The notes beneath the pieces are model-generated. The model did not search any database and was not told the origin of the DNA. It saw nothing but the letters and a program-made list of their open reading frames with translations. Position numbers and translations under genes: made by a program. This document shows, in pieces, positions 16,501 through 25,253 of a stretch of DNA of 64,000 nucleotides. The DNA comes from Eggerthellaceae bacterium (GTDB lineage Bacteria; Bacillota; Clostridia; Christensenellales; UBA1242), in NCBI GenBank assembly GCA_963602685.1, contig CAVCJG010000001.1, forward strand, positions 122,683-186,682, given 5' to 3'. Numbering within the stretch: position 1 is the stretch's first letter; each line of letters begins with the position of its first letter.

Positions 16501-16678
16501 CAAAGCAAGTTTCGAAACCAGCGACGAGCAACTTAAGGCTATGCTTGAAAAGTTTGGTGACAAAATCATGCAAGAAGCGCTCATCTGTCAAATGTGCCCA
16601 TCACTTTCGGCAGCAAAGATTAAAAAATCTGTTGAAGTTGGCGACGGCGAAATCACAGTTTCACTTGAAAGCAAATAA
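13565..16678 (+). CDS. ileS: isoleucine--tRNA ligase, type 2 (eukaryote-like, 1037 aa)
   Basis: [20 protein letters not shown] (HIGH-type), the editing-domain WTTTPWTL motif, the KMSKS-type EFHKSGGN motif, and a long C-terminal extension without the type-1 Zn-finger tail. Confidence 0.95.
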   Translation: [1037 protein letters not shown]

Positions 16679-16682
16679 ACAA

Positions 16683-16710
16683 AAGACGGCTTAAAGTCCG
16701 TCTTTTTCTT
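16683..16710 (+). terminator. rho-independent terminator after ileS
   Basis: Stem aagacgg/ccgtctt with loop cttaaagt, then TTTTC. Confidence 0.7.
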
Positions 16711-16769
16711 TGTTTTTGTTGTGTTTTGACAATAATTATGCTAAAATTAACTGAAATTATGAGGTGACT

Positions 16770-17621
16770 ATGAAAATCGCAAATGGCTGGCAAGATTATG
16801 AAGTTCTTGCAACAGGCGACGGCAAAAAAATTGAAAATTGGAACGGGCACGTGCTTGTTCGTCCAGACCCACAGGTTATTTGGGGCGGACTTGAAAACCG
16901 CCGCAAACCATATGAAAAATTGATCGCGGCAGAATATCAACGCTCATCGTCTGGCGGAGGATGCTGGGAAGAGAAAAAGAAACTTCCTTCGCAGTGGCTT
17001 TGCACTTGGAAAAATTTAAAATTCATAGTTAAACCTATGGGATTTAAACACACCGGAATATTCCCAGAACAAGCAACCAACTGGGAAAGAATGCAGACGC
17101 TGATCAAAAACGCTGGCAGAGAAATCAAAATTTTAAACCTTTTTGCTTACACTGGTTGTGCGTCAGTTGCGTGCGCTGCAGCAGGCGGGAAAGTTACTCA
17201 CGTTGATGCAAGCAAAGGAATGGTGGAGCGCGCAAAAGAAAACGCACGTCTTAATGGCATCACTGACATAAGATTTATCGTTGACGACTGCCAAAAATTT
17301 ATAGAGCGTGAAATCCGTCGCGGAAATCGCTATGACGCAATTATTATGGACCCACCAAGCTATGGCAGGGGTCCAAGCGGCGAAATGTGGAAAATCGAAG
17401 ATAATTTGTTTGACTTTATCGGGCTTTGCAAGCAAGTGCTGTCAGACAATCCGCTTTTTGTGCTGGTTAATTCTTACACAACCGGCTTGCAAGCGGGAGT
17501 TATTAAAAATATGCTTGCCTTGACATTTGGGATTGAAGGCACTGAAGCAGACGAAATTGGCTTGCCAACAAAAGAAGGAATAGTTCTTCCTTGCGGCAAC
17601 AGTGGATTTAAAATTTGGTAA
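16770..17621 (+). CDS. class I SAM-dependent (rRNA) methyltransferase, RlmI/RlmK-like
   Basis: FKHTGIFPEQ, LNLFAYTGCASVA and IIMDPPSYG motifs; the ATG at 16770 has GAGG 5 nt upstream. Confidence 0.7.
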   Translation: MKIANGWQDYEVLATGDGKKIENWNGHVLVRPDPQVIWGGLENRRKPYEKLIAAEYQRSSSGGGCWEEKKKLPSQWLCTWKNLKFIVKPMGFKHTGIFPEQATNWERMQTLIKNAGREIKILNLFAYTGCASVACAAAGGKVTHVDASKGMVERAKENARLNGITDIRFIVDDCQKFIEREIRRGNRYDAIIMDPPSYGRGPSGEMWKIEDNLFDFIGLCKQVLSDNPLFVLVNSYTTGLQAGVIKNMLALTFGIEGTEADEIGLPTKEGIVLPCGNSGFKIW

Positions 17622-17630
17622 GGAGAAAAT

Positions 17631-18314
17631 ATGCAAGTAGTTTATGAAGACAATTCAATAGTTGTTGTTATCAAACCGCAAAACCAACCATCGCAGCAAG
17701 ATGAGTCGGGCGATTTGGATTTGCTTAATGAAGTAAAAGCATATGTAAAAGAAAAATACAACAAGCCGGGCGACGCCTTTATAGGCCTTGTTCACAGACT
17801 TGACCGTCCAACAGGCGGGCTTATGGTTTTTGCTCGCAATTCAAAGTCAGCAGAGCGTCTTTCAAAGCAAATTCAAAGTGGACAATTTCACAAAACATAC
17901 TATGCTGTAGTTGATGGCAGAATTAAACAATCATCTGAAAGGCTTGTGCATTATTTAAAGAAAGATGAAAAAAATAATATTGTCAAACTTTGCCCACCAC
18001 TTGAGAGCGGCGCAAAAAAGGCAGAACTTATATATAAATGTCTTGACCGAAACGACGAACATTCGCTTTTAGAAATTCAAATTTTGACAGGTAGATCTCA
18101 TCAAATTCGCGTGCAACTTTCAAGCATAGGTTATCCGCTTTATGGCGATATGAAATACAACAAATCAGCAAAGAAAGGAAATCTTGCATTGTGGGCGGGC
18201 AGACTTGAATTCGAACATCCAATCACAAAAGCAAAAATGGTGTTTGTGTCATCGCCAGATGAGACCAAAGCGCCTTGGAATGAATTTAAAATTTCAAAAT
18301 ATTTTATGAGGTAA
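17631..18314 (+). CDS. RluA-family pseudouridine synthase
   Basis: HRLDRPTGGLMVFA catalytic-Asp motif and GRSHQIRVQL motif; RBS AAGGAGAAAA. Confidence 0.85.
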   Translation: MQVVYEDNSIVVVIKPQNQPSQQDESGDLDLLNEVKAYVKEKYNKPGDAFIGLVHRLDRPTGGLMVFARNSKSAERLSKQIQSGQFHKTYYAVVDGRIKQSSERLVHYLKKDEKNNIVKLCPPLESGAKKAELIYKCLDRNDEHSLLEIQILTGRSHQIRVQLSSIGYPLYGDMKYNKSAKKGNLALWAGRLEFEHPITKAKMVFVSSPDETKAPWNEFKISKYFMR

Positions 18315-18317
18315 TTT

Positions 18318-20081
18318 ATGAAAAGAAATCTTGTCCCAGCAAAATATAAATGGGATTTATCGGCTTATGCCAAAGATGAAGATGACTTTTTAAAACGCAC
18401 AAAAGCTCTGCAAAAATATGCCGAGCTTTTTAAAAGTTTTGAAGGCAAACTTGCAGACGATAAAATGCTGCTCAAACTTCTTAATCTCACAAGTGAATAT
18501 TCTAAAGAAGTTTCGCTGCTTGGCAATTATGCACAACGAAAATTAGACGAAAACTTGGCAGATTCAAAAGCGAGTGAAAACGTGAATTTGCTCAGCAAAA
18601 TTTGCAGCGACAATTCGGTTGCAAGTTCGTTTATCACACCTGAAATTTCGCAGTTTTCAGATGATAAATTGCAATCTTTGATGCAAAATCGCAAATTTAA
18701 AGCGCACAGACTTTATTTTAGAGATATTTTGCGCGATCGCCCACACATTTTGCCAAAAAACGAAGAGAAACTTCTTTCTGGCATGGGCGAATTTTTAGGC
18801 GGTTTCAGCGAAAATCACGACAATTTTTCAGATGCGGATTTAAAGTTTAAAGATGTTTTAGACGGCAGCGGCAAAGCGCACAAATTTACGCAGGACAAAT
18901 ACAGTTTGTATATGCACAGCAAAGACAGAGTTCTTCGCGCAAATGCTTTTGCTGAGCAAAATGGGGCATATGGAAGATTTATCAATTTCTTGTCAAGCAA
19001 CTATCTCAGCGACGTGAAGGCGGATTGCTATTTTTCAAAAATACACAACTATTCATCAGCGCTTGAAGCGGCTGTGTTCAGCGAAGAAGCAAGCATCGAC
19101 GTTTACAACAATCTCATCGCTTGCGTGCACAAAAATCTGCCAACGCTTCATGCATATTTTGATGCAAAACGTTCGCTTTTAGGTTATAAAGATTTTTACA
19201 TTTATGATCAATTTGCTTCGGTCAGCAAAGTTAAAGAGCAAAAATATTCTTATGACGATGCAATAAAACTCATCAAAAAAGCAGTTGCTCCACTTGGCAA
19301 AGAATATGTTGCGCTTATCGACAAAGCTAAAAAAGAAAAATGGATCGACCTTATGCCAAACGACGGGAAGGCCGGGGGAGCATATTCGGCTTCTGCATAT
19401 GGAGCAAATCCTGTGGTGCTGACAAATTTTACGGGCGACTACAATTCTGTTTCAACTCTTGCTCACGAACTTGGCCATGCAATGCATTCATATTTTTCAG
19501 AAACGCATCAAATTTTTGAAGAAAGCGGATATGTGATTTTTGTTGCCGAAGTTGCGTCAACTGTAAATGAGATGTTGCTTAGACTTATGATGCTTAAGAA
19601 CGCTTCAACTCAAAATGAAAAGCGCAGCATTATCGATGGAATCTTTACTGATGTCAAATCTACAATTTTCAGACAAACTATGTTTGCTGAGTTTGAAGAG
19701 TGGGTGCACGCCGAATATGAAAAAGGCAATCCTTTGTCAAAAGATAAACTTTGCGAGAAATATTATGACCTTAACAAATTGTATTTCGGCAAGCGCGTAA
19801 AACTCACAAAAGAAACTCAATATGAGTGGGCAAGAATCCCACATTTCTATCGCAGTTTTTATGTTTACAAATATGCGACTGGGCTTATCAGCGCGCTCAA
19901 TATTGTCAGCAGAATTTTAAACGGCGAAGAAGGCGCAGTCGAAAAGTATTTAAACTTCTTAAAAGCGGGCTGCACGTCTGACCCTATAACGCTGCTTAAA
20001 AACGCCGGTTGCGACCTTGAAAAGCAATCGACTTTTGACGAAGTGTTTGACTTTTTAAGAACTCTTCTTGTTGATTTTTAA
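18318..20081 (+). CDS. pepF: oligoendopeptidase F (M3B)
   Basis: 587 aa; the HELGHAMH zinc motif with a downstream E, and M3B-like length and layout. Confidence 0.9.
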   Translation: MKRNLVPAKYKWDLSAYAKDEDDFLKRTKALQKYAELFKSFEGKLADDKMLLKLLNLTSEYSKEVSLLGNYAQRKLDENLADSKASENVNLLSKICSDNSVASSFITPEISQFSDDKLQSLMQNRKFKAHRLYFRDILRDRPHILPKNEEKLLSGMGEFLGGFSENHDNFSDADLKFKDVLDGSGKAHKFTQDKYSLYMHSKDRVLRANAFAEQNGAYGRFINFLSSNYLSDVKADCYFSKIHNYSSALEAAVFSEEASIDVYNNLIACVHKNLPTLHAYFDAKRSLLGYKDFYIYDQFASVSKVKEQKYSYDDAIKLIKKAVAPLGKEYVALIDKAKKEKWIDLMPNDGKAGGAYSASAYGANPVVLTNFTGDYNSVSTLAHELGHAMHSYFSETHQIFEESGYVIFVAEVASTVNEMLLRLMMLKNASTQNEKRSIIDGIFTDVKSTIFRQTMFAEFEEWVHAEYEKGNPLSKDKLCEKYYDLNKLYFGKRVKLTKETQYEWARIPHFYRSFYVYKYATGLISALNIVSRILNGEEGAVEKYLNFLKAGCTSDPITLLKNAGCDLEKQSTFDEVFDFLRTLLVDF

Positions 20082-20190
20082 TAATAAAAAAACAAATTAA
20101 AAAGCAAATAAAAAATTAAATAAATATTAAATAATTAAATAAAAATATCATTAAAAATCAAATATTTTTAAAAAATAATGTGAAATAATT

Positions 20191-20221
20191 AAAAAATGCT
20201 TATTTTCTAAGCATTTTTTTA
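20191..20221. terminator. bidirectional terminator between pepF and the Cys-rich ORF
   Basis: Stem atgctta/taagcat flanked by A6 and T7, inside a very AT-rich low-complexity spacer. Confidence 0.6.
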
Positions 20222-20292
20222 TTTATTATTTATTTTAATTATTTACTATTTTTCTTTTAAATTATCTGCACATTGTTATCTGCAAGACTCAA

Positions 20293-20532
20293 CTAATTGC
20301 AGTTTTGCCCAAGCAAAAATCCGCCCGCAAAAATAAGCAGCCCAATCGGAATGGCAAAGTTTATGCAGCCGCAGTCAAAGCAGTTGTTTTGTCCGCAACA
20401 TGGTTGCCTTGGTGGCATAGGAGAAAAAGGATTGCAATTGTCTTGTGGGAAAGGATTGCAGCAGTTTCGGTTTTGACAGGGATTAAAGCATGGCATATTA
20501 AAAAAGCAGCCGGTCTGATAGCATTGTTTCAT
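20293..20532 (-). CDS. small cysteine-rich protein with C-terminal transmembrane helix (79 aa)
   Basis: Strong RBS GAGAGGTGAAAA before the ATG. It has 14 Cys in a Pro/Asn/Gln-rich N-terminal part (CCNPFPQDNCNPF..PCCGQNNCFDCGC), followed by INFAIPIGLLIFAGGFLLG. Confidence 0.55.
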   Translation of the reverse strand: MKQCYQTGCFFNMPCFNPCQNRNCCNPFPQDNCNPFSPMPPRQPCCGQNNCFDCGCINFAIPIGLLIFAGGFLLGQNCN

Positions 20533-20576
20533 TTTTCACCTCTCACTATCATAATATTTTGGACTGCTTTAATTTG

Positions 20577-21338
20577 CTAATTCTTTACAAACATTTTTTG
20601 AGTAACGCCGATAAACCATGACTTAGGCACAAGACGTTTTAAAAAGTAAAGCACTTTTTGCTTGCCGATAATCACTTGTGGCTTAAGTTTTTTCTTTTCG
20701 ATAAACTTAACCATTTTCTTTACAGCGTATTCAACGCTCATGCGTTTGTCTTCATGCGAGTCAACATAAAGGGTCGAGTTTTTAACGCTGTCGCCATATC
20801 TTTCGTTTGTCTTAAATTCTTTCACGCGATTTTTAGTAAAGTTGGTTTTAACTTCGCCAGGGCAGATGGCTGCAACTTGAATGCCAGTGTTTTTAAGTTC
20901 CATTCTCAGCCCGTCAGTGATCATGCTTACAGCGGCTTTGCTTGCGCAATAATACGCTCTAAAAGGCAAAGGGAAAAGTGCGCATGTCGAAGAGATGTTT
21001 ATGATTTTGCTTTTCTCTTTCATAAGTGGAAGTGCGCGCTTTGTAACGTTGACAAGTCCGAAGAAGTTGATGTCAAATTGTTTGCGAATCAGTTCTTCTT
21101 CAACAAGTTCAACGGCGCCAGAAAGACCTTGACCTGCGCAGTTGATTAAGATGTCAAGTTTTTCATCTTTAATGCCGTCAAAAAACTTGTCAAGTTGTTC
21201 GGTCTTTGTGATGTCGCATGGGTTTTCGGGATTGTTAAGTGAAAGGTTGATAACCTTGTCGCCGCATTCGTCAAAATGTTTTTTTAGTTGTGCGCCAATT
21301 CCGCTTGACGCGCCAGTAATAAGCACAGTTCTGTTCAT
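20577..21338 (-). CDS. SDR-family oxidoreductase
   Basis: TGASSGIG cofactor motif, NISS and YCASKAA catalytic motif. Confidence 0.85.
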   Translation of the reverse strand: MNRTVLITGASSGIGAQLKKHFDECGDKVINLSLNNPENPCDITKTEQLDKFFDGIKDEKLDILINCAGQGLSGAVELVEEELIRKQFDINFFGLVNVTKRALPLMKEKSKIINISSTCALFPLPFRAYYCASKAAVSMITDGLRMELKNTGIQVAAICPGEVKTNFTKNRVKEFKTNERYGDSVKNSTLYVDSHEDKRMSVEYAVKKMVKFIEKKKLKPQVIIGKQKVLYFLKRLVPKSWFIGVTQKMFVKN

Positions 21339-21407
21339 ATAAACTCCTTAAAATCATTATACATCATAACTTAAAATATTCAAATTGATTGTCAAATAAT
21401 TTCGGGT

Positions 21408-21436
21408 TTGACAAAATAAAAATAAAATGATATTAT
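21408..21436 (+). promoter_or_regulatory. promoter of SHOCT-domain membrane protein gene
   Basis: TTGACA (21408-21413), a 17-nt spacer, then an extended -10 TGaTATTAT (21428-21436). Confidence 0.5.
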
Positions 21437-21455
21437 AATCATGGGGGAAGGAAAT

Positions 21456-22022
21456 ATGAGTTCTACAAAAACAAATTTAATAAAATCCAGCGGCATCCTT
21501 TCAATTATTGGCGGATTCTTTACGCTGGTGATGTCAATTCTTTCAGTTTTAAATGCTGATTATCTCGGCGAAGTAATCTCGGGCTATGGCTATGTGTCAT
21601 ATTCGGCAAGTCATGCAATAAGTATCACACTTTGCGTTCTTGAACTGCTTTTGGGTATTTGCTCAATGCTTGGTGGCCTGTTTTTGATTAAATTTCTTTT
21701 GCCAAAATATCAAAACTCGACCAAAAGAATAAAATATTACAAATGGGGTTGCGGATTGACAATCGCAGGCGCTTTAGGTTTGTCACTTGCAACAATCTTG
21801 CTTTACATTTCATTTGGAATGAAAGAAACTTCGGCAAACGCTTACTTTAACGATTCAGAAGTTGATTCAATCAAATCAAATCCAGCAACAAATGCTCAAC
21901 AACAGCAACAAGACGAGCACATCAAAAAACAAATTGAAATTTTGCGTGATATGAAAGCAAAAGGCGAGATTACAGACGAAGAATTTAAAACAATTATGTT
22001 TGACCTTATCAAAAAATCTTAA
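21456..22022 (+). CDS. membrane protein with C-terminal SHOCT domain
   Basis: Four hydrophobic segments, then a Gln-rich linker and KKQIEILRDMKAKGEITDEEFKTIMFDLI (SHOCT-like). The ATG at 21456 follows GGGGGAAGG. Confidence 0.6.
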   Translation: MSSTKTNLIKSSGILSIIGGFFTLVMSILSVLNADYLGEVISGYGYVSYSASHAISITLCVLELLLGICSMLGGLFLIKFLLPKYQNSTKRIKYYKWGCGLTIAGALGLSLATILLYISFGMKETSANAYFNDSEVDSIKSNPATNAQQQQQDEHIKKQIEILRDMKAKGEITDEEFKTIMFDLIKKS

Positions 22023-22037
22023 AAAATAAAAACCGAA

Positions 22038-22487
22038 TTAAATTTCGGTTTTTTTACGCTTATTTTTAAAAAAGTCAGTTAAAATTTTTGATGCTTCTTC
22101 GCAAGGGGTGAAGCAGTATTCAACTTTGTGATTCAGCCTTGCTGACGATATGATTTTTTCAAGCAGGCCATCTTGCGATGTTTTTTCTTCGGCCGCAAAA
22201 TACAGTTTTGAGATTCGAGCGTTTGCTATTGCGCCGGCGCACATAGGGCAGGGCTCAAGCGAAACATAAATTTCGCAACCATCAAGTCTCCAAGACTTCA
22301 GTTTTTTGCATGCCTTTTCAATGGCTATGATTTCGGCATGCTTTGTTGCAATTTGACTGGCTTCGCGCTTGTTGTGCCCGCGTGAAATAATTTTTCCGTC
22401 ATAAACCACGACCGCTCCAACCGGAATTTCTCCCGCCGCGGCCGCCTTGCGCGCTTCTTTAATTGCTTCAGCCATAAATTTGTTCAT
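22038..22487 (-). CDS. tadA: tRNA-specific adenosine deaminase
   Basis: HAEIIAI and PCPMCAGA zinc motifs; 149 aa. Confidence 0.9.
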   Translation of the reverse strand: MNKFMAEAIKEARKAAAAGEIPVGAVVVYDGKIISRGHNKREASQIATKHAEIIAIEKACKKLKSWRLDGCEIYVSLEPCPMCAGAIANARISKLYFAAEEKTSQDGLLEKIISSARLNHKVEYCFTPCEEASKILTDFFKNKRKKTEI

Positions 22488-22515
22488 AGATAAAAATAGT
22501 ATATATTAAAATAAT

Positions 22516-22544
22516 TTGTTTTGTCCAGCAAAATGTTGTATACT
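22516..22544 (+). promoter_or_regulatory. promoter, -10 box 6 nt before the ATG (leaderless candidate)
   Basis: TTGTTT (22516-22521), a 17-nt spacer, TATACT (22539-22544), then ttaacc and the ATG at 22551. No SD is present. Confidence 0.45.
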
Positions 22545-22550
22545 TTAACC

Positions 22551-23597
22551 ATGGATCAAGCAAAAAAACAAAAAACATTTAGACAAAACAATTTTTATAC
22601 TATGCAAGACACTGGCATAGGCTTTTTGGTGGCTCTTCTTGCGCCATATGCTATTTCATTGTTGGTGCTTTTAGTGTGCCAAGCAATAATTGCGGGCGGG
22701 GTTGACGGCACGGCGCTGTCTGAATCAATCGGCTATAAAATCGTCACAGCACTTATAAGTCCAGTCGCATTTTGCATAGCATTTTTCGCCTTTAACAAAG
22801 TCAAAAAAATCAGTATTAAAGCCGCAAAAGTAGACTTTAAAATCGGAACGAAAAACATGATTATGTGTTTTGTAATCTCTGTGGTTTGCTTTTTTGGATG
22901 CATGTATTTCATTGGCGGAATCGACCACTTGCTGCAACTTGGCGGATATGACCTTTCAGGCATTTCGATGCCAGTTGACAACGCTGGTTGGCTTGTTTTG
23001 TCGCTTATAATTTTGGCTGTGTTGCCAGCGATTTTTGAAGAACTCATCTTCAGGGGCATGCTTTTAAACGGGCTTCGCGAAGGCCTGGGCGACGTGAGCG
23101 CGTTGTTTATGTCGGCATTTTTGTTTGCAATCATGCACGGCTCGCTTCAACAACTTATTTATCCATTCATTTTGGGTGTCGTTTTAGGCTGGATCGCAAT
23201 GCGAACTGGCTCAACATTTTGCAGCATGCTTGTCCACTTTTTAAACAACGCAATCGCAGTAATTATCAACTATTTCACTGTTCGCAACGAACTTAATATG
23301 TCGATTGAATACAATGCATGGCAATGGGTGCTTGCTGTTGGACTTGTGCTTGTCGCAGCAGCAATTATTTATGTGATTGAAAGATTTTATTTTAAGCATA
23401 AAAATCAAGAAAAGCCATTGGCTCAGCCGGCACAAGAAGGCGAAGAGGGCGAGCCAAACCAAACAAAAAACAGCTCTGCCAGCGTGAAAAAATCGTTGTC
23501 ATCTGTTCCACTTTTACTATGGATAGGAATAGGCATCGCAGTTATACTTTTCATTGTAAACACCGCTGTAGCATTTATGCCGCCAGCAAGCGCATAA
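22551..23597 (+). CDS. CPBP-family intramembrane glutamic endopeptidase (CAAX/Abi type)
   Basis: EELIFRGML, FAIMHG and HFLNNAIA motifs in a polytopic membrane protein. The start is uncertain (22521 TTG, 22533 ATG or 22551 ATG). Confidence 0.75.
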   Translation: MDQAKKQKTFRQNNFYTMQDTGIGFLVALLAPYAISLLVLLVCQAIIAGGVDGTALSESIGYKIVTALISPVAFCIAFFAFNKVKKISIKAAKVDFKIGTKNMIMCFVISVVCFFGCMYFIGGIDHLLQLGGYDLSGISMPVDNAGWLVLSLIILAVLPAIFEELIFRGMLLNGLREGLGDVSALFMSAFLFAIMHGSLQQLIYPFILGVVLGWIAMRTGSTFCSMLVHFLNNAIAVIINYFTVRNELNMSIEYNAWQWVLAVGLVLVAAAIIYVIERFYFKHKNQEKPLAQPAQEGEEGEPNQTKNSSASVKKSLSSVPLLLWIGIGIAVILFIVNTAVAFMPPASA

Positions 23598-23635
23598 CAT
23601 GCATGCAAACATAAGAAGGGGAATATACTAGTCCT

Positions 23636-24745
23636 ATGAATGAAAAACAAAAGTCGTTTAATGCAGCAAGCCTAACTTACTTTTTTATAGTGGTTTTGTT
23701 TGTTATGTTAAGATTGCTATCTTCATTTGGCCTGTTAAAATTTATGGGCGCAGGTGGGGATTACTTTTTCACAATCATAATTCAGATAGTCCTTCTTTTT
23801 GGCGGTTCGATTTTTATTTATTCGGCATTAAAAAAACAAAAAATCAAATACACATTTCAAGAATTCACAATTAAAAAAGTCTCAGGAAAAGTTGTCGGAC
23901 TCAGTTTCTTGCTTGGCGCAGTGGTGTTTTTAATAAACATATTTGTTTCATCTGCGTTCAACGGTTTCATTGAGTTACTAGGTTATGAGCACACGTCGCA
24001 ATCTATAAGTTCTTATTCGTTTGCCAGCCTGCTTTTAAACCTGCTTTTTACGGCCGTTTTGCCGGGCATTTGCGAAGAAGTGGCGCACCGCGGAATGTTG
24101 CTTCGATCATACAGCAGTTTAGGCCCATGGAAGGCGATTATGCTTTCGGCGCTTATGTTTGGGCTGCTGCACGTCAACATCGAACAATTTTTCTATGCTA
24201 CAATCATCGGCATCTTCCTTGGCGTGATTACGATTATGTCAAACTCAATCATTCCAGCCATGATAATTCACTTTATGAACAACGCACTCAGCACATATTT
24301 GCTGTTCTCTGAAGTCAATGGCCTGCCACTGGGCAACGCATTTTTGACAATTCAAAGCGTGCTTACATCAAATCTTTTCATCGGAATTTTGCTCAGTTTC
24401 TGCATAATTGTTGTTTTGCTTTATCTTGGAAATTATTTGTTTAAGATTATCGTTCAAAACAGGTTGAAAGAAGATATCACGCTTTTGCAACAACAATTTG
24501 CAAAAGAAATACAACGTCAGCGTTATCTTATGAGCCTTGAAAATTCAAGACTTGAAGCAATCGGGCTAGAACCAGTTGAAGACGGCGACATTTTTGCGGG
24601 CATAAAAGAGTTTGCTGCAATGCTGGATGAACCAGCACAGCCACAAGAATTCAAGCCTTCAAAATATGGCAAACTGCTTACAATCGTAACTGTTGTGCTT
24701 GGCGCGGTTCTGACAATTTTCACGTTTGTGTGGGGTGTGTTATGA
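23636..24745 (+). CDS. CPBP-family intramembrane glutamic endopeptidase, second tandem paralog
   Basis: EEVAHRGML, GLLHV and HFMNNALS motifs. TATACT (23624-23629) lies 6 nt before the ATG. Confidence 0.75.
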   Translation: MNEKQKSFNAASLTYFFIVVLFVMLRLLSSFGLLKFMGAGGDYFFTIIIQIVLLFGGSIFIYSALKKQKIKYTFQEFTIKKVSGKVVGLSFLLGAVVFLINIFVSSAFNGFIELLGYEHTSQSISSYSFASLLLNLLFTAVLPGICEEVAHRGMLLRSYSSLGPWKAIMLSALMFGLLHVNIEQFFYATIIGIFLGVITIMSNSIIPAMIIHFMNNALSTYLLFSEVNGLPLGNAFLTIQSVLTSNLFIGILLSFCIIVVLLYLGNYLFKIIVQNRLKEDITLLQQQFAKEIQRQRYLMSLENSRLEAIGLEPVEDGDIFAGIKEFAAMLDEPAQPQEFKPSKYGKLLTIVTVVLGAVLTIFTFVWGVL

Positions 24746-25200
24746 TGACGATAAACTTGGTGTGCGTTGGAAATTTGAAAGAAAAATTTTGGGTTGATGC
24801 CCAAAATGAATACATAAAAAGATTGCAGAAATTTTGTAAATTCAACGTAATTGAAGTTGACGAAAAAAACTTTGCTTCAAACGAAAATGAATGCAAACAA
24901 AAAGAAGGCAAATTGATTTTAGAAAAGTGCAAAGGCGATATGTTTTTGTTTGATTTAAAGGGCAAAAATTATTCGAGTGAAGAGTTTGCTTCGCTCATCG
25001 AAAAACAAGCGCAATTTTCAAGCACATTGACCTTTGTAATCGGCGGCTCATATGGCGTAAGTGAAGAAGTTAAATCTCAAGCAAAAGGGCTGCTAAGTTT
25101 TGGCAAACAAACGCTTCCACACAATTTGGCTAGGGTGGTTGCAATCGAGCAAATTTATCGCGCGTTCAACATAATTGCCGGAACAGCATATCACAAATAA
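24742..25200 (+). CDS. rlmH: 23S rRNA (pseudouridine1915-N3)-methyltransferase
   Basis: The SPOUT protein runs MTINLVCVGNLKEKFW..FVIGGSYGVSEEV..LSFGKQTLPHNLARVVAIEQIYRAF. The ATGATG start overlaps the stop of the upstream gene. Confidence 0.9.
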   Translation: MMTINLVCVGNLKEKFWVDAQNEYIKRLQKFCKFNVIEVDEKNFASNENECKQKEGKLILEKCKGDMFLFDLKGKNYSSEEFASLIEKQAQFSSTLTFVIGGSYGVSEEVKSQAKGLLSFGKQTLPHNLARVVAIEQIYRAFNIIAGTAYHK

Positions 25201-25203
25201 AAA

Positions 25204-25229
25204 AGAAACACATTTTGATGTGTTTTTTT
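25204..25229 (+). terminator. rho-independent terminator after rlmH
   Basis: Stem aaacacat/atgtgttt with loop tttg, then a T-run. Confidence 0.7.
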
Positions 25230-25253
25230 GTTGCAATAAAGCATACTAAAAAC

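Noticed and set aside
20082-20290. Very AT-rich low-complexity spacer (aaat/taaa-type iterations) as a repeat element or origin
   Set aside because: It contains only simple A/T iterations around a bidirectional terminator between convergent genes. No defined repeat unit or flanking features are present. A similar spacer at 25977-26086 also lies between convergent genes.
22521-24745. The tandem CPBP/Abi-type proteases as a bacteriocin-immunity locus
   Set aside because: No small double-glycine or leaderless bacteriocin-like ORF, ABC exporter or modification enzyme lies next to them. The flanking genes are tadA and rlmH.
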